Below are positions 13,632 through 23,770 of a stretch of DNA of 64,000 nt, piece after piece. This DNA is from Pseudophaeobacter sp. GTDB lineage: Bacteria; Pseudomonadota; Alphaproteobacteria; Rhodobacterales; Rhodobacteraceae. The stretch covers positions 1,887-65,886 of the forward strand of contig NZ_JBDWPJ010000034.1 of assembly GCF_039971195.1 (NCBI RefSeq), written 5' to 3'. Made by a program: the position numbers and the translations under genes. The notes beneath the pieces were generated by a model that made no database searches, had not been told where the DNA came from, and saw only the letters and a list, made by a program, of their open reading frames with translations. How positions within the stretch are numbered: the first letter of the stretch is position 1; every line of letters starts with the position of its first letter.

Positions 13632-14789
13632 CTAGAGGCGGTTCAACACCGCCCGGGCCGCCCTGAGTCCCGGCGCCTCGCCGCCCAGCCCCAGACGCTG
13701 CATGGTCACCGCCATCGCAGCTTTTTGCAGCTCCGGAGCCTTGGCCAGCGCGTCCAGCTCATGGGCAATCATCTCAGCTTCGCAATCCGGGCCAAGACAT
13801 TCCGGCACCACACGGGTCTCGCTCACCAGATTGACCAATGTCACCGTGTCGATCAGTGCCATGCGTTTCATGATCTGCCAGGTCAGCCATTGGAACCGAT
13901 AGGCTATCACCATTGGGGTGGCTGCAGCCGCCAGTTCCAGTGACACAGTGCCAGAGGCCGCCAGGGCCAGATCAGAAGCCGCAAAGGCCGCGCGTTTGAT
14001 CGCGGCAAAATCCTCTGCCTCATATGCCTTGGGGTCCAAAAACAGGGTATCTTCTGGCCATTCTTCCGCCTGAGCCCGCACAAGATCGGTCACCGGGGCG
14101 GCACAGGGTACCACGACGCGATGCTCCGGGTGAAAATGCTGGAAAGCCTGTAGTGCCTCACCAAAGATCGGGCCCAGCCGGGTCACTTCAGAGCGGCGCG
14201 AGCCGGGAAGCGCCAGGAGCAAAGGCGCCTGCCCGAGGTCAAACTGCGCGCGAAAACTGTCAATCTCTGCCGCAGTGGCCAAGGGTTCTGACACCACGGG
14301 ATGGCCGACAAAGTCACAGTCCATCCCAGCTGCTTCCATCAAAGGCGGTTCAAATGGCAAGAGCGCCAGCACTTGATCAATGCTTTTGGCCATCTTGACC
14401 GCCCGTTTTGGGCGCCAGGCCCAGACCGAAGGCGCCACATAGTGCACGGTGCGAATATTGCTGCCAGCTTTGACCATGCTGGCCACCCGCAACGAGAAAT
14501 CCGGGCTGTCGATGGTGATCAGCACATCCGGCTGCTGCGCAATGACTGCCTCTGCGGTCTCGCGAATGCGTCGTTTCAGATGGCGATACTTTGGCAGCAC
14601 CTCGGCCAGCCCCATGACCGACAATTCCTGCATTGGAAAGCGAGAGGCCAGCCCCTGCGCTTCCATCAGATCACCACCAATACCGTCAAAGGCCACATCC
14701 CGGCGCAGCTCCTTCAGTCCAGCCATCAAGGCGCCGCCCAGCCTGTCGCCAGAGGGCTCCCCTGCCAGGATAAAGACCTTCAGGCTCAC
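13632..14789 (-). CDS. lpxB: Lipid A disaccharide synthase
   Basis: AGEPSGD, LSVMGLAEV, IDSPDF, PSVWAWRP, LPGSRRSE, SGTVSLE. Confidence 0.96.
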   Translation of the reverse strand: MSLKVFILAGEPSGDRLGGALMAGLKELRRDVAFDGIGGDLMEAQGLASRFPMQELSVMGLAEVLPKYRHLKRRIRETAEAVIAQQPDVLITIDSPDFSLRVASMVKAGSNIRTVHYVAPSVWAWRPKRAVKMAKSIDQVLALLPFEPPLMEAAGMDCDFVGHPVVSEPLATAAEIDSFRAQFDLGQAPLLLALPGSRRSEVTRLGPIFGEALQAFQHFHPEHRVVVPCAAPVTDLVRAQAEEWPEDTLFLDPKAYEAEDFAAIKRAAFAASDLALAASGTVSLELAAAATPMVIAYRFQWLTWQIMKRMALIDTVTLVNLVSETRVVPECLGPDCEAEMIAHELDALAKAPELQKAAMAVTMQRLGLGGEAPGLRAARAVLNRL

Positions 14790-15574
14790 GAGCCGCGCAG
14801 CCAGAGAAACAACCCGAGGCGATCACAGGCAGCAATCACCTTGTCCTGTTCCAGGACAATCACGCCACCAGCTTCAAGAACGATACCAGAGAGGCCTGCT
14901 GCCGCCGCCAACTCAACCGTCTGCGGGCCAATGGTCGGCAGGTCGGCCCGGCGGTCCTGCCCCGGTTTAGGAGCCTTGAAGAGGATACCACCCTGACCGT
15001 CCGGACGATTGGCCAGGCTTTGCAGCATCCAATTGGTACCAAAGATGTTTTCAACGGCAATGGCTTGCCGGGCACGAATGGCGCAGCACTGGCCAATATC
15101 GGCAGCACTCATCGCCGCTACAACTTCGACACCGCGCGTCGCGTCTGCCTTGTCCAGCGCGCCGGGCTGCACCTGGGTCACAACGCCTTCTTCCATCAGA
15201 AGATCTGGCGCAACCTCATGGGCCGCGCGCAGAGAAAACCCGGCTTGTTCGATCACCCCCATGACGGCCCGCAGGGCGCCATCGTCGCCAGAGCCAAGGG
15301 CGGCCTGAATAACCGGAACCAAAGGCAGGGTCGCCGCATCAATTTGCGAGGGATCAACGGCAGGGCGGCGCACTGCGCCCGCCAGACAGACTTCGGTGAC
15401 GCCGGCCGATTTAAGCCGCGCCAGAAAACTGCCAAGATGTTCGATCCGAAAGGAAATCTCTGCATCTACGCAGTCAGGTTCGGCCCCCTCCATGGCGCAG
15501 ATCAGCGGTCGCTTGACCTGACGTTCAGACACTTCTTTGGGCAAGAGCCCGGTTCCTGCAATCACTGCAAGCAT
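14786..15574 (-). CDS. lpxI: UDP-2,3-diacylglucosamine pyrophosphatase LpxI
   Basis: IAGTGLLP start, DIGQ, KPGQDRRADLPTIG; located between lpxA and lpxB. Confidence 0.88.
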   Translation of the reverse strand: MLAVIAGTGLLPKEVSERQVKRPLICAMEGAEPDCVDAEISFRIEHLGSFLARLKSAGVTEVCLAGAVRRPAVDPSQIDAATLPLVPVIQAALGSGDDGALRAVMGVIEQAGFSLRAAHEVAPDLLMEEGVVTQVQPGALDKADATRGVEVVAAMSAADIGQCCAIRARQAIAVENIFGTNWMLQSLANRPDGQGGILFKAPKPGQDRRADLPTIGPQTVELAAAAGLSGIVLEAGGVIVLEQDKVIAACDRLGLFLWLRGS

Positions 15575-15578
15575 GGGA

Positions 15579-16373
15579 TCAGCCTCCGGGTGTCAGGAAG
15601 GAACGGTCGGTTTCGCCGGTGATAAAGGCAACGATTTCCTCGACATAAGCGCTCTCGGTCTCTTCGCCCAAACGCCGGGCCCGTTCCTGAAACGTGCCTT
15701 CGCCCTGGGCCAGCATCTGAAAGGCCGCCCGCAGGGCGGTAATGTCAGAGCGGGTCACCCCGCGCCGTTTCAGCCCCACAAGGTTGAGCCCGTCCAAGCC
15801 CCCCCTTGGGGCCTGCACCAGACCGTAAGGGATGACGTCATTGGTCACCATGGTCACCGCGCCAATGATGGCCCCACGACCAATGCGCACCCATTGATGC
15901 ACCCCGGACAGCCCGCCAATGATCACGTCATCTTCGAGCACGCAGTGGCCGGCGATGGCCGCAGAATTCACCACAATGACCCGATCGCCCACAATGGCAT
16001 CATGGGCCACATGGCAGCCCGCCATGAACAGCCCATCGTCGCCAATGCGGGTGACGCCGCCACCACCCTCGGTACCGGCATTAACCGTGACATGTTCCCG
16101 AATGCGGTTGCGCTGGCCAATAACTGTCCGGCTTTTTTCGCCCTGGAATTTGAGATCCTGTGGAATCTCACCAATCACCGCAAAAGAAAACACCACGGTT
16201 TCATCGCCAATCTCGCAGTCACCTGTGACAACCACGTGAGACTTCAGCTCTACCCGGTCGCCCAGCACCACATCGGGGCCAATATGGCAGAAAGGACCAA
16301 TCTTGCAGCCCTCGCCTAGGCTAGCCCCCTCTTCGATCACCGCACTGGGATGGATCTGGCTCATCTCACTCAA
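15579..16373 (-). CDS. lpxA: UDP-N-acetylglucosamine O-acyltransferase
   Basis: Hexapeptide repeats, [29 protein letters not shown]. Confidence 0.96.
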   Translation of the reverse strand: MSEMSQIHPSAVIEEGASLGEGCKIGPFCHIGPDVVLGDRVELKSHVVVTGDCEIGDETVVFSFAVIGEIPQDLKFQGEKSRTVIGQRNRIREHVTVNAGTEGGGGVTRIGDDGLFMAGCHVAHDAIVGDRVIVVNSAAIAGHCVLEDDVIIGGLSGVHQWVRIGRGAIIGAVTMVTNDVIPYGLVQAPRGGLDGLNLVGLKRRGVTRSDITALRAAFQMLAQGEGTFQERARRLGEETESAYVEEIVAFITGETDRSFLTPGG

Positions 16374-16834
16374 TCCTTTTGGACATCAACCATGGCGGTG
16401 AATTCGGCCTCAGCGGCGGTTTCACCTTCAACTGTGGCGATGCCTTTGAACTTGAAGATCTTACCACCGGGTTTGCCGCGCAGGATTTCCACTTTCATCT
16501 CCAGCACATCGCCCGGAATGACTTTGCGGCGGAATTTGCATTTGTCGATGTTCATGAAATAGATCAGCAGGTCGCGGTCGATCATATCCAAGGCTACGCC
16601 CAGCATGACCCCTGCAGTCTGCGCCATGGCTTCGACAATAGTCACCCCCGGCATGATCGGCGTGCCAGGGAAATGCCCCTGAAAATGCGGCTCGTTCATG
16701 GTGACATTTTTGATGCCCCGGGCAGACTGGATGCCGTCGATATCGACCACTTTGTCAACCAAAAGAAACGGGTAGCGATGTGGCAGGATGCGCTGGATCA
16801 GATGGATGTCGGCGCTTTGCAGATCAGCGGTCAT
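16370..16834 (-). CDS. fabZ: 3-hydroxyacyl-ACP dehydratase
   Basis: [30 protein letters not shown]. Confidence 0.96.
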   Translation of the reverse strand: MTADLQSADIHLIQRILPHRYPFLLVDKVVDIDGIQSARGIKNVTMNEPHFQGHFPGTPIMPGVTIVEAMAQTAGVMLGVALDMIDRDLLIYFMNIDKCKFRRKVIPGDVLEMKVEILRGKPGGKIFKFKGIATVEGETAAEAEFTAMVDVQKD

Positions 16835-16911
16835 GGCGGGTATCCTGTCATTGAAAGATTTAAGCTAGCCCTATCAACTGGGCTTCGCTGGGGCAAGCAT
16901 TGGCGCGGCGA

Positions 16912-17553
16912 TTACTCGTCCGGGCTCTCTGCCTGGGAAAGACCATCGCCAAGCACAGCGTCGATCCGGGCAATGGCCAGATCGGTGATATCCACCGCAT
17001 CGGCGCTCAGAAACACAGTCGAATGATCCAGAATGGCGCCGGTGCCGGTTTCGCGCATGATCCGTTCCAGAACCGGCAGCGAGGCAACAAAGAATTCACG
17101 CCTGGCTTGTTCTCCCAACTGGCTGATGTCGCGGAGTTTGGCATCCTGGGTAGCGCGTGTTTGCTGAACCTTACGATCAAAGGCATCTGCAAGGGTGCGA
17201 AAGGCGGCGGCTTCCATCGTGCTGCGCCGTTCGGTCAGCTCTTGTTCCTCGGCCCGCAGATCGGCCTCGATATTGCGGTTTTCAGCAGTAAGAACGGCAC
17301 CTTCCGCCTCGATCTCCTGCGCGATTCTTTGGCCAAAAAGGCTTTCGGAAAACAAGCGGTCCGGCTGAATAGTCAATAAGCCACTTTGCGGGGGGGCAGA
17401 TTGCACCTCTTCACCTAACTCAAATCCACCCGCGACCGGATTTTGCTGCGCCTGAACACTCGGAACAGGTGAGGTGATAGCAATAAGCGCCAGCCCGAAG
17501 GCCAGCGCTTGCTGCATTTTTGGAGGCAAAAATTTCGCCAGAAAGCTGTCCAC
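16912..17553 (-). CDS. OmpH/Skp family periplasmic chaperone
   Basis: Signal peptide, long helical body, AILD and DIT C-terminal motifs; directly downstream of bamA. Confidence 0.8.
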   Translation of the reverse strand: MDSFLAKFLPPKMQQALAFGLALIAITSPVPSVQAQQNPVAGGFELGEEVQSAPPQSGLLTIQPDRLFSESLFGQRIAQEIEAEGAVLTAENRNIEADLRAEEQELTERRSTMEAAAFRTLADAFDRKVQQTRATQDAKLRDISQLGEQARREFFVASLPVLERIMRETGTGAILDHSTVFLSADAVDITDLAIARIDAVLGDGLSQAESPDE

Positions 17554-17557
17554 CTGA

Positions 17558-19960
17558 TCAGAACCGCGCCTGCAGGGTCAAATCAAAGCTCTGTTCCTGG
17601 TCGAAATCCTCTTTTTTGAGGGCTTTGGTGAAGTTGAACCGCAAAGGTCCGAGACCGGTAGTCCACAGCAAAGAAAATCCAATCACATGACGGAAGGACC
17701 CATTCGCGCCAACGATGCTAGTGCTGCCTGCCGTGTTGACATCGTTCAACCCCCAAAGGTTGCCAACGTCATAGAATACGCCGCCGCGCAAGCCCAGTTC
17801 TTCTGGCAGACCAAGTGGGAACTCTGCATCAAACCTAGCCACAGCAAAAACATTGCCGCCAAGGAAATCATCATAATTGCCACCATCAGCACGGGCAGAA
17901 CGGTCCCGCGGGCCAATACCACCGGGCTCGAAGCCGCGCATAATGGATGGCGACAGAACAAAGCGATCAATCGATCGGCTGCTGCCATCGCCCATCCAGT
18001 TGAAAGTCCCGGCTTCAAAAGTGGCCCGCAGTGTCACTTCTTCATTAAGTATCATCTTTTGGGCGACAAACTTGGTGGTCGCCTTCAGATACTCATTGTC
18101 GCCGCCGATACCGGCATAGTCAGCCCCAACTTCAAACAGAAATCCCGCATTGGGGTTCAGGCCCGTGAGACGACTGTCATAGGCATAGGTTAGTCCCAGA
18201 ATACTGCTGCTGCGCTTGCCAAGAGCAATCTCGTTTTGCACAGTCGGCGCTGCTGCCGGATAGGTACCCCCAGTGTAACTCACATCACTGCGCTGGATCA
18301 TTTCCGACTGTTCCCAGGAATACCGCAACTGCAGGGAGGAATTCTCGTCAGTTTTAAAGGTCAGTGTTGGAGTCAGGAAGGCCCGCTTGGTGTCGTATTC
18401 AGAAAAACTCGAATCCGATTCTGACAGCCCCAAATCAAGGCTGAATCGCAAATCCCGTCCCAACAGATGTGGCTCAACGAACCCAAGGATATACTCGTCA
18501 GCCTCGGTTGCGGTTGCGATAGCGAAGGACAAACGCTGACCGCGGCCCAAGAAGTTGTTTTCCGTCAAGCCGATGGAAATACCAAAACCATCATTGACAG
18601 AGTAAGACCCACCTAGGCTCAACGACCCTGTTGGTTGTTCTTCGACATCGACATCGACAACAACCAAGCTCGGCGAGCTGCCTTCCCGCACATCCACATC
18701 CGAGTTAGAGAAGAATCCAAGAGCGCGAATACGCTCGGCTGTGCTGCGAATTTCCCGGGGATTGAAAGGATCGCCCTCAACCGTGCGGAATTTTTGGCGA
18801 ATGACCCTATCCAGGGTCGTAGTGTTACCTTCGATATCAATACGCTCAACAAAGACTCGCGGTCCACGTGTCAGCATGAATTCGATATCAAGCGTCAGGT
18901 CGCGATCATTGCGCGTGACCCGAGGTTCAACGCGCAAAAAGTCGATACCCTGGCGCAGGGCCAAGGTTTCCAGCCGTTCGATCTCTGCCTCAACTAGCGT
19001 TGGGGAATAGATCACCCCAGGCTTCACCTTCATGGCCGCGCGGAACACATCCGCATCTGCCTCAGAAACTTCGCTGGTGACCGAAATCTCGCCAAAGGAG
19101 AATTGCTGACCTTCAGAGACATCTACCACCAGGAAAACCGCATCCCGCTCACGCGTGACTTCGGCATTGGCGCTATTGACCTGGAAATCGACATAGCCGC
19201 GCGACAGGTAGAAATCGCGCAGGACCTGTTTGTCGAATTCGATACGCTCTTCGATCAGCGTGTCCTTGTTAATGAAAGCGCGTAACAAACCGGCCTGTTT
19301 GGTTTCCAGAACACGGCGCAGCCTGCGATCCGAATAAACTTGGTTGCCAATAAAGGAAACACGCTCAACTTCGGTGGTATCGCCTTCGGAGATTTCAAAA
19401 ACCAGATCTACCCGGTTATCACTGCGGCGAATAATCCGTGGGGTCACCCGCGAGGCCAGCCGCCCTTGGGCACCATAGGCCGCGGCGATGTTCGCTGCAT
19501 CCTGTTCAGCCTGCGCAGGATTGAATACTCGGCGCGGCGACGATTCGATGATCTCCGACAGATTCTCATCTTTGATCCGGCGGTTGCCTTCAAAGTTGAT
19601 TTTATTGATGGTCGGAAATTCGGTGACCTTGATGATCAGCGTATTACCACTCGGGACCAGCTCAACGCGCTCAAAAACACCGCTGTCGATGATGCTTTGA
19701 TAGGCATCATTGAGCGCCCCAGCACTGACCGATTTGCCCCGCTCGATGCCAGTATAGGCCACGATAGTTGAGCTTTGGATGCGCTGGTTGCCTTCAACCT
19801 TCACCGAATTGAACCGGTAGCTTTGTGCCTCGGCATATTGGGGTGACAGCCCCAATCCCAAAGTCACAGTCAAGGCGAGTACGGATACGCCCCGATACAA
19901 AATATTGGTGCGCTTAACACGCTCACCGCAGGATATGCCTGCGTTCTTGCCCCAAACCAT
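17558..19960 (-). CDS. bamA: Outer-membrane assembly factor BamA (start uncertain)
   Basis: POTRA motifs (VEGNQRI, INFEGNRRI, IDIEGNTTTLDRVIR), MRGF loop, C-terminal LQARF. Confidence 0.96.
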   Translation of the reverse strand: MVWGKNAGISCGERVKRTNILYRGVSVLALTVTLGLGLSPQYAEAQSYRFNSVKVEGNQRIQSSTIVAYTGIERGKSVSAGALNDAYQSIIDSGVFERVELVPSGNTLIIKVTEFPTINKINFEGNRRIKDENLSEIIESSPRRVFNPAQAEQDAANIAAAYGAQGRLASRVTPRIIRRSDNRVDLVFEISEGDTTEVERVSFIGNQVYSDRRLRRVLETKQAGLLRAFINKDTLIEERIEFDKQVLRDFYLSRGYVDFQVNSANAEVTRERDAVFLVVDVSEGQQFSFGEISVTSEVSEADADVFRAAMKVKPGVIYSPTLVEAEIERLETLALRQGIDFLRVEPRVTRNDRDLTLDIEFMLTRGPRVFVERIDIEGNTTTLDRVIRQKFRTVEGDPFNPREIRSTAERIRALGFFSNSDVDVREGSSPSLVVVDVDVEEQPTGSLSLGGSYSVNDGFGISIGLTENNFLGRGQRLSFAIATATEADEYILGFVEPHLLGRDLRFSLDLGLSESDSSFSEYDTKRAFLTPTLTFKTDENSSLQLRYSWEQSEMIQRSDVSYTGGTYPAAAPTVQNEIALGKRSSSILGLTYAYDSRLTGLNPNAGFLFEVGADYAGIGGDNEYLKATTKFVAQKMILNEEVTLRATFEAGTFNWMGDGSSRSIDRFVLSPSIMRGFEPGGIGPRDRSARADGGNYDDFLGGNVFAVARFDAEFPLGLPEELGLRGGVFYDVGNLWGLNDVNTAGSTSIVGANGSFRHVIGFSLLWTTGLGPLRFNFTKALKKEDFDQEQSFDLTLQARF

Positions 19961-20033
19961 CAGTATTTACCCGAAATTAATAGCAGCTTAACTCCGTGCG
20001 TACCGGGTTTGAGGGCGCTTGTCAAAACCAACA

Positions 20034-20067
20034 AAGAGGCACGCGGGCAGGAACCCGCGTGCCTCTA
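20034..20067 (-). terminator. Terminator hairpin between the small ORF and bamA
   Basis: agaggcacgcggg-ttcctg-cccgcgtgcctct followed by TTGTT on the minus strand. Confidence 0.75.
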
Positions 20068-20096
20068 GAAAATAAAAACTTAAACGGGTGTTGGAT

Positions 20097-20234
20097 TTAC
20101 AAAGAGACCAACCATGAGCCGAGCGTCAGAGACAGGAAAATAAGCGTGGCTGACAGCGCCCTATCCCAGTTCAGACGCAGCAATAGTGCAAACCCGTTTT
20201 CCGGTTCAGCCGGTAGTAGCATATGGCCTTGCAT
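20097..20234 (-). CDS. Unannotated 45-aa small membrane protein MQGHMLLPAEPENGFALLLRLNWDRALSATLIFLSLTLGSWLVSL
   Basis: Hand-translated; GGGAG RBS about 9 nt upstream; hydrophobic C-terminal helix; followed by a strong terminator. Confidence 0.62.
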   Translation of the reverse strand: MQGHMLLPAEPENGFALLLRLNWDRALSATLIFLSLTLGSWLVSL

Positions 20235-20443
20235 GACTGTTCACTCCCAGGTGCTGAGAGCAAAGAGGAGGAACCATCACAAATGGTTATCCCCCTCCCC
20301 GCTCGATAATGCAGATTACCAAAACACTAACGCGAGAATGTGGCACGAGTTTGGCGAAGCAGAAGCTGGCGCCAAACTCACTTTATTAGAGGCTGTGACC
20401 CCGCGTGACCCAAATGGCCTTCGGGGGACCGTCGCCGTTCCGA

Positions 20444-21793
20444 CTAGCAGAAAATATCGTTGCCCAAGGCAAAGACCATCAGCGACAGAATCATGGCGAT
20501 ACCGATGCTCATCAGGATCTGCACCGCGCGATCATTGGGCGGGCGCCCAACCACGGCCTCATAGGCGTAGAACACCAGATGGCCGCCATCCAGCGCCGGG
20601 ATGGGAAACAGGTTGAGCAAGCCCACAGCCGTCGACAAAACCGCAATAAAGCTGATGAAGCTGAGCGCGCCCTGGCTGGCAGTATCGCCAGAGGCTTTGG
20701 CAATGCCAATGGGGCCTGAAAGATTACAGGTGCTGATAGCGCCGGTGATCATATGGCCAAGGCCGGAAATCGAAGAGCTTATAACCCCCCAGACCTGACC
20801 TGTCCCGGTCGTCAGTGCTTCACCCAGCCCCATAGATTCGGTTGCATAGTCGACCAATTTGCCCCCGGTGATGCCAATCAGCCAGCGGCTGGCAAAACTG
20901 CCGTCTCCCTGGGGTAGATCCACACGGCGTGGTGACAGGGACACATCAAAGGACTCGCTGCCTCGTGTTACTTCCAAGGACAGCGGTGCGCCTTCGGTTG
21001 CTGCAACATGATCGACCAATTGTTTGAAGGCAAAAACCGGCTCTCCGTTGAGGCGCGAAATGAAATCCCCGCTTTGCAGGCCTGCGTCCGCAGCGGCACT
21101 GCGCGGCATTACCGTATCGATATAGGCAGGCGAGAAGTAGGTATCGGTGAGGGTCACCTCAGCGCCATCGCGCCGTACAAGGTATTCCAGAGTTGGAGAG
21201 AACGGCAGGGCTGCGTTGAACGCGACCCAGCCAGAGTTATCGCCGAGACCAGGCAGGGGAACCCCAGCAACCTCAATCAACTCATCACCTGGGCGCAGCT
21301 GGCTCTCAACGCCAGGAACCGGCACAACGGCCCCAACTGTCAGGGGATCGCGCACCGCACCCATAGAAAGCGCCAGGGCGGTAAAGACAGCAATCGACAT
21401 AATGAAGTTGAACACAGGCCCCGCCGCCACGGTTGCGGTCCGCGCCCACAGGGGCGCCCCATGCATGGTGCGGCGCAGCTGTACTGGATCCGCTGCTGCG
21501 GCCTCGACTACGGCGCTGTCCTTGCCCGAGGCGGCATCGGCGTCGCCCAGGAATTTCACATAGCCCCCAAAGGGAAGCGCAGCGATCTGCCATTTGGTGC
21601 CACGCTTGTCATAGCGGCTCCATAGCACCGGCCCGAAGCCAAGTGAGAACACCTCGGCATGGATGCCGGACCAGCGTCCGACAATATAGTGGCCATATTC
21701 ATGCACGGCCACAATGATGGAAAGGGCCACGACAAAACTGGCGATGGTGTAAACAAAACCGCCAAGCTGCGGGAGAACTGAGAGTAGGTCCAA
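20444..21793 (-). CDS. rseP: RIP metalloprotease RseP
   Basis: HEYGH, two PDZ-like segments, NLFPIPALDGGH. Confidence 0.95.
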   Translation of the reverse strand: MDLLSVLPQLGGFVYTIASFVVALSIIVAVHEYGHYIVGRWSGIHAEVFSLGFGPVLWSRYDKRGTKWQIAALPFGGYVKFLGDADAASGKDSAVVEAAAADPVQLRRTMHGAPLWARTATVAAGPVFNFIMSIAVFTALALSMGAVRDPLTVGAVVPVPGVESQLRPGDELIEVAGVPLPGLGDNSGWVAFNAALPFSPTLEYLVRRDGAEVTLTDTYFSPAYIDTVMPRSAAADAGLQSGDFISRLNGEPVFAFKQLVDHVAATEGAPLSLEVTRGSESFDVSLSPRRVDLPQGDGSFASRWLIGITGGKLVDYATESMGLGEALTTGTGQVWGVISSSISGLGHMITGAISTCNLSGPIGIAKASGDTASQGALSFISFIAVLSTAVGLLNLFPIPALDGGHLVFYAYEAVVGRPPNDRAVQILMSIGIAMILSLMVFALGNDIFC

Positions 21794-21797
21794 AACT

Positions 21798-22970
21798 TTA
21801 CCCTATATTGTGAGCCGTGACCGCATCGGCAGCCCTGCGCGCCATGTGGTCAATCTGGGTGACGTTATCAAGGGTCATTGCGGAATCAATAAGGCCGCTT
21901 TGCGACTCTATCTGATCCAGAACCCGGGCTGTGATCTCGGCCATATCGGTAAACCGGATGCGCCCGGCAATAAAATGATCAAGCGCGCGCTCCTTGGCGG
22001 CGTTAAAGACCGCCCCCATCAAGCCGCCGCGCTGCATCACCTGTTGCGCCTGCTCCAGCGCCGGATAGCGGAGCAGATCAGGCTTGCGGAAATTCAACTG
22101 GCCGATGGCGGCCAGGTCCAGTCGTTCTACTGGTAGGTCGCGCCGTTCGGGCCAGTGTAGCGCATAGCCAATGGCATGGCGCATATCCGGTGCGCCCAGA
22201 TGGGCCATCAAACCGCCATCCCGAAACCCCACGAGCGCGTGAACCAGGGATTCAGGATGCACCAAAACTTCGATCTGGCTTGGGTCAACACCAAAATACT
22301 CTCGGGTCTCAATCACTTCCAAAGCCTTGTTGAACATCGAAGCACTGTCGATGGTGATCCTTTGCCCCATGTCCCAATTGGGATGTGACGAGGCCTGCGC
22401 CAGACTCGCTCCTTTGAGATCCTCAACCGGCCAGTCGCGAAAGGCCCCGCCAGAGGCCGTGATGATGATCCGCTCCACCGCCGAGATCTCTTCGCCGACC
22501 AGTGCCTGAAACACCGCAGAATGTTCGCTATCGACCGGCAGCAGCCGCGCATTGTGGGTTTTCGCCGTCTGCAACAACAGCTTGCCAGCGCAGACCAGCG
22601 ATTCCTTGTTGGCAAGGGCCAGGCAGGCCCCCTGCTCCAGCGCTTTGAGCCCCGGCGCGAGGCCCGCAACGCCAACAATGGATGACATCACCCAATCCGC
22701 AGGCCGGGTAGCAGCCTCGATCAGGGCCTTCTGCCCTGCCGCAGCTTCGACAGAACTGCCACCAAGGGCTTGCCGCAGGGCGGGCAATTCATCCTCAAAG
22801 GCCGTCACCGCAAGATCAGCCTGCAAGGCAATCGCATCCGTCGCCAATTGCGCGATATTGCGTCCACCGGTCAAGGCCACAACATCATAGGCATCGGGCG
22901 CACGGGCGATCAGATCGATCGTGCTTTGACCAATGGAGCCAGTGGCGCCAAGAATAGAGATTTTCCGCAT
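21798..22970 (-). CDS. dxr: 1-deoxy-D-xylulose-5-phosphate reductoisomerase
   Basis: LGATGSIG, LANKESLV, PVDSEHSA, HPNWDMGQRITIDSASMFNKALE. Confidence 0.97.
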   Translation of the reverse strand: MRKISILGATGSIGQSTIDLIARAPDAYDVVALTGGRNIAQLATDAIALQADLAVTAFEDELPALRQALGGSSVEAAAGQKALIEAATRPADWVMSSIVGVAGLAPGLKALEQGACLALANKESLVCAGKLLLQTAKTHNARLLPVDSEHSAVFQALVGEEISAVERIIITASGGAFRDWPVEDLKGASLAQASSHPNWDMGQRITIDSASMFNKALEVIETREYFGVDPSQIEVLVHPESLVHALVGFRDGGLMAHLGAPDMRHAIGYALHWPERRDLPVERLDLAAIGQLNFRKPDLLRYPALEQAQQVMQRGGLMGAVFNAAKERALDHFIAGRIRFTDMAEITARVLDQIESQSGLIDSAMTLDNVTQIDHMARRAADAVTAHNIG

Positions 22971-22987
22971 GGTAGTCCCCTCTCAGG

Positions 22988-23770
22988 CTAGCCCAGAAAG
23001 GTGTAGAGAAACAGGAACATGGCGGCAGCACCCAACATGCCGTCAAAGCGGTCGAGCAAGCCACCGTGACCAGGAATCAAAGCGCTGGAATCCTTGACGC
23101 CTGTCTGGCGTTTCAGCGCGCTTTCGGCGATATCGCCGGCCTGGCTCGCCATGGAAACGGCAACGGAAGCCAGCACCAAGCCCAGCCCCATATTCATGTA
23201 AAGCGCAAAACCCGCTCCAATGAGGGCGGCAGCTACCCAACCAGCGGAGGTACCTGACCAGGTTTTCTTTGGGCTGATGCGGGGCCAGAACTTGGGACCG
23301 CCAAAGGTTTTGCCAGCAAAATAGCCCGCAACATCGGTGGCAATCACCACCACGATCAGCCACAGCAACCAGCTGGCACCCAGCCCATTGCGCATCCAGA
23401 TAAAACTGTAGCCCGCAAGCACGATCCACAGGGCAAAGAGCGCAAACCGGTTCCTGGCTTGTTCAGCAACCAGCACCCAGCCCAGAACCACCGGCAGCAC
23501 AAGCAGCGCCAAACCCAGCCCCATGGGCAGGAACCCCGCCACCAGAACCACCAAACAGGTCACTACGCCAAGCTGCACCGCAGTTCCATAGCGGCGCGGC
23601 GCCAGCATCTGGGCAAGTTCCCAAGCCATACCACCACAGCACAGGGCAATGACAAGGTTGAACGCAACACCGCCGAGCCAGATCGCTAGGATGCCCACCG
23701 CCGCCATAACTAGGGCGCTAATCAACCGAGGCATAAGATCGCCCCAACGTCCTGTTTGCCCCTGGGTCAT
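22988..23770 (-). CDS. cdsA: Phosphatidate cytidylyltransferase
   Basis: DVAGYFAG, ISPKKTWSG, GDIAESALKR, KDSSALIPGHGGLLDRFD; start at 23770 overlaps the uppS stop (ATGA). Confidence 0.95.
   Translation of the reverse strand: MTQGQTGRWGDLMPRLISALVMAAVGILAIWLGGVAFNLVIALCCGGMAWELAQMLAPRRYGTAVQLGVVTCLVVLVAGFLPMGLGLALLVLPVVLGWVLVAEQARNRFALFALWIVLAGYSFIWMRNGLGASWLLWLIVVVIATDVAGYFAGKTFGGPKFWPRISPKKTWSGTSAGWVAAALIGAGFALYMNMGLGLVLASVAVSMASQAGDIAESALKRQTGVKDSSALIPGHGGLLDRFDGMLGAAAMFLFLYTFLG

Noticed and set aside
16370-17553. Absence of lpxD between skp and fabZ, and of rpsB-tsf upstream of pyrH, as novelty
   Set aside because: Probably an ordinary Rhodobacterales gene-order difference, with those genes elsewhere in the genome
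19996-20616. 206-aa plus-strand ORF across the rseP-bamA gap
   Set aside because: Overlaps rseP antisense and crosses a terminator; the short minus-strand ORF with RBS explains the interval better
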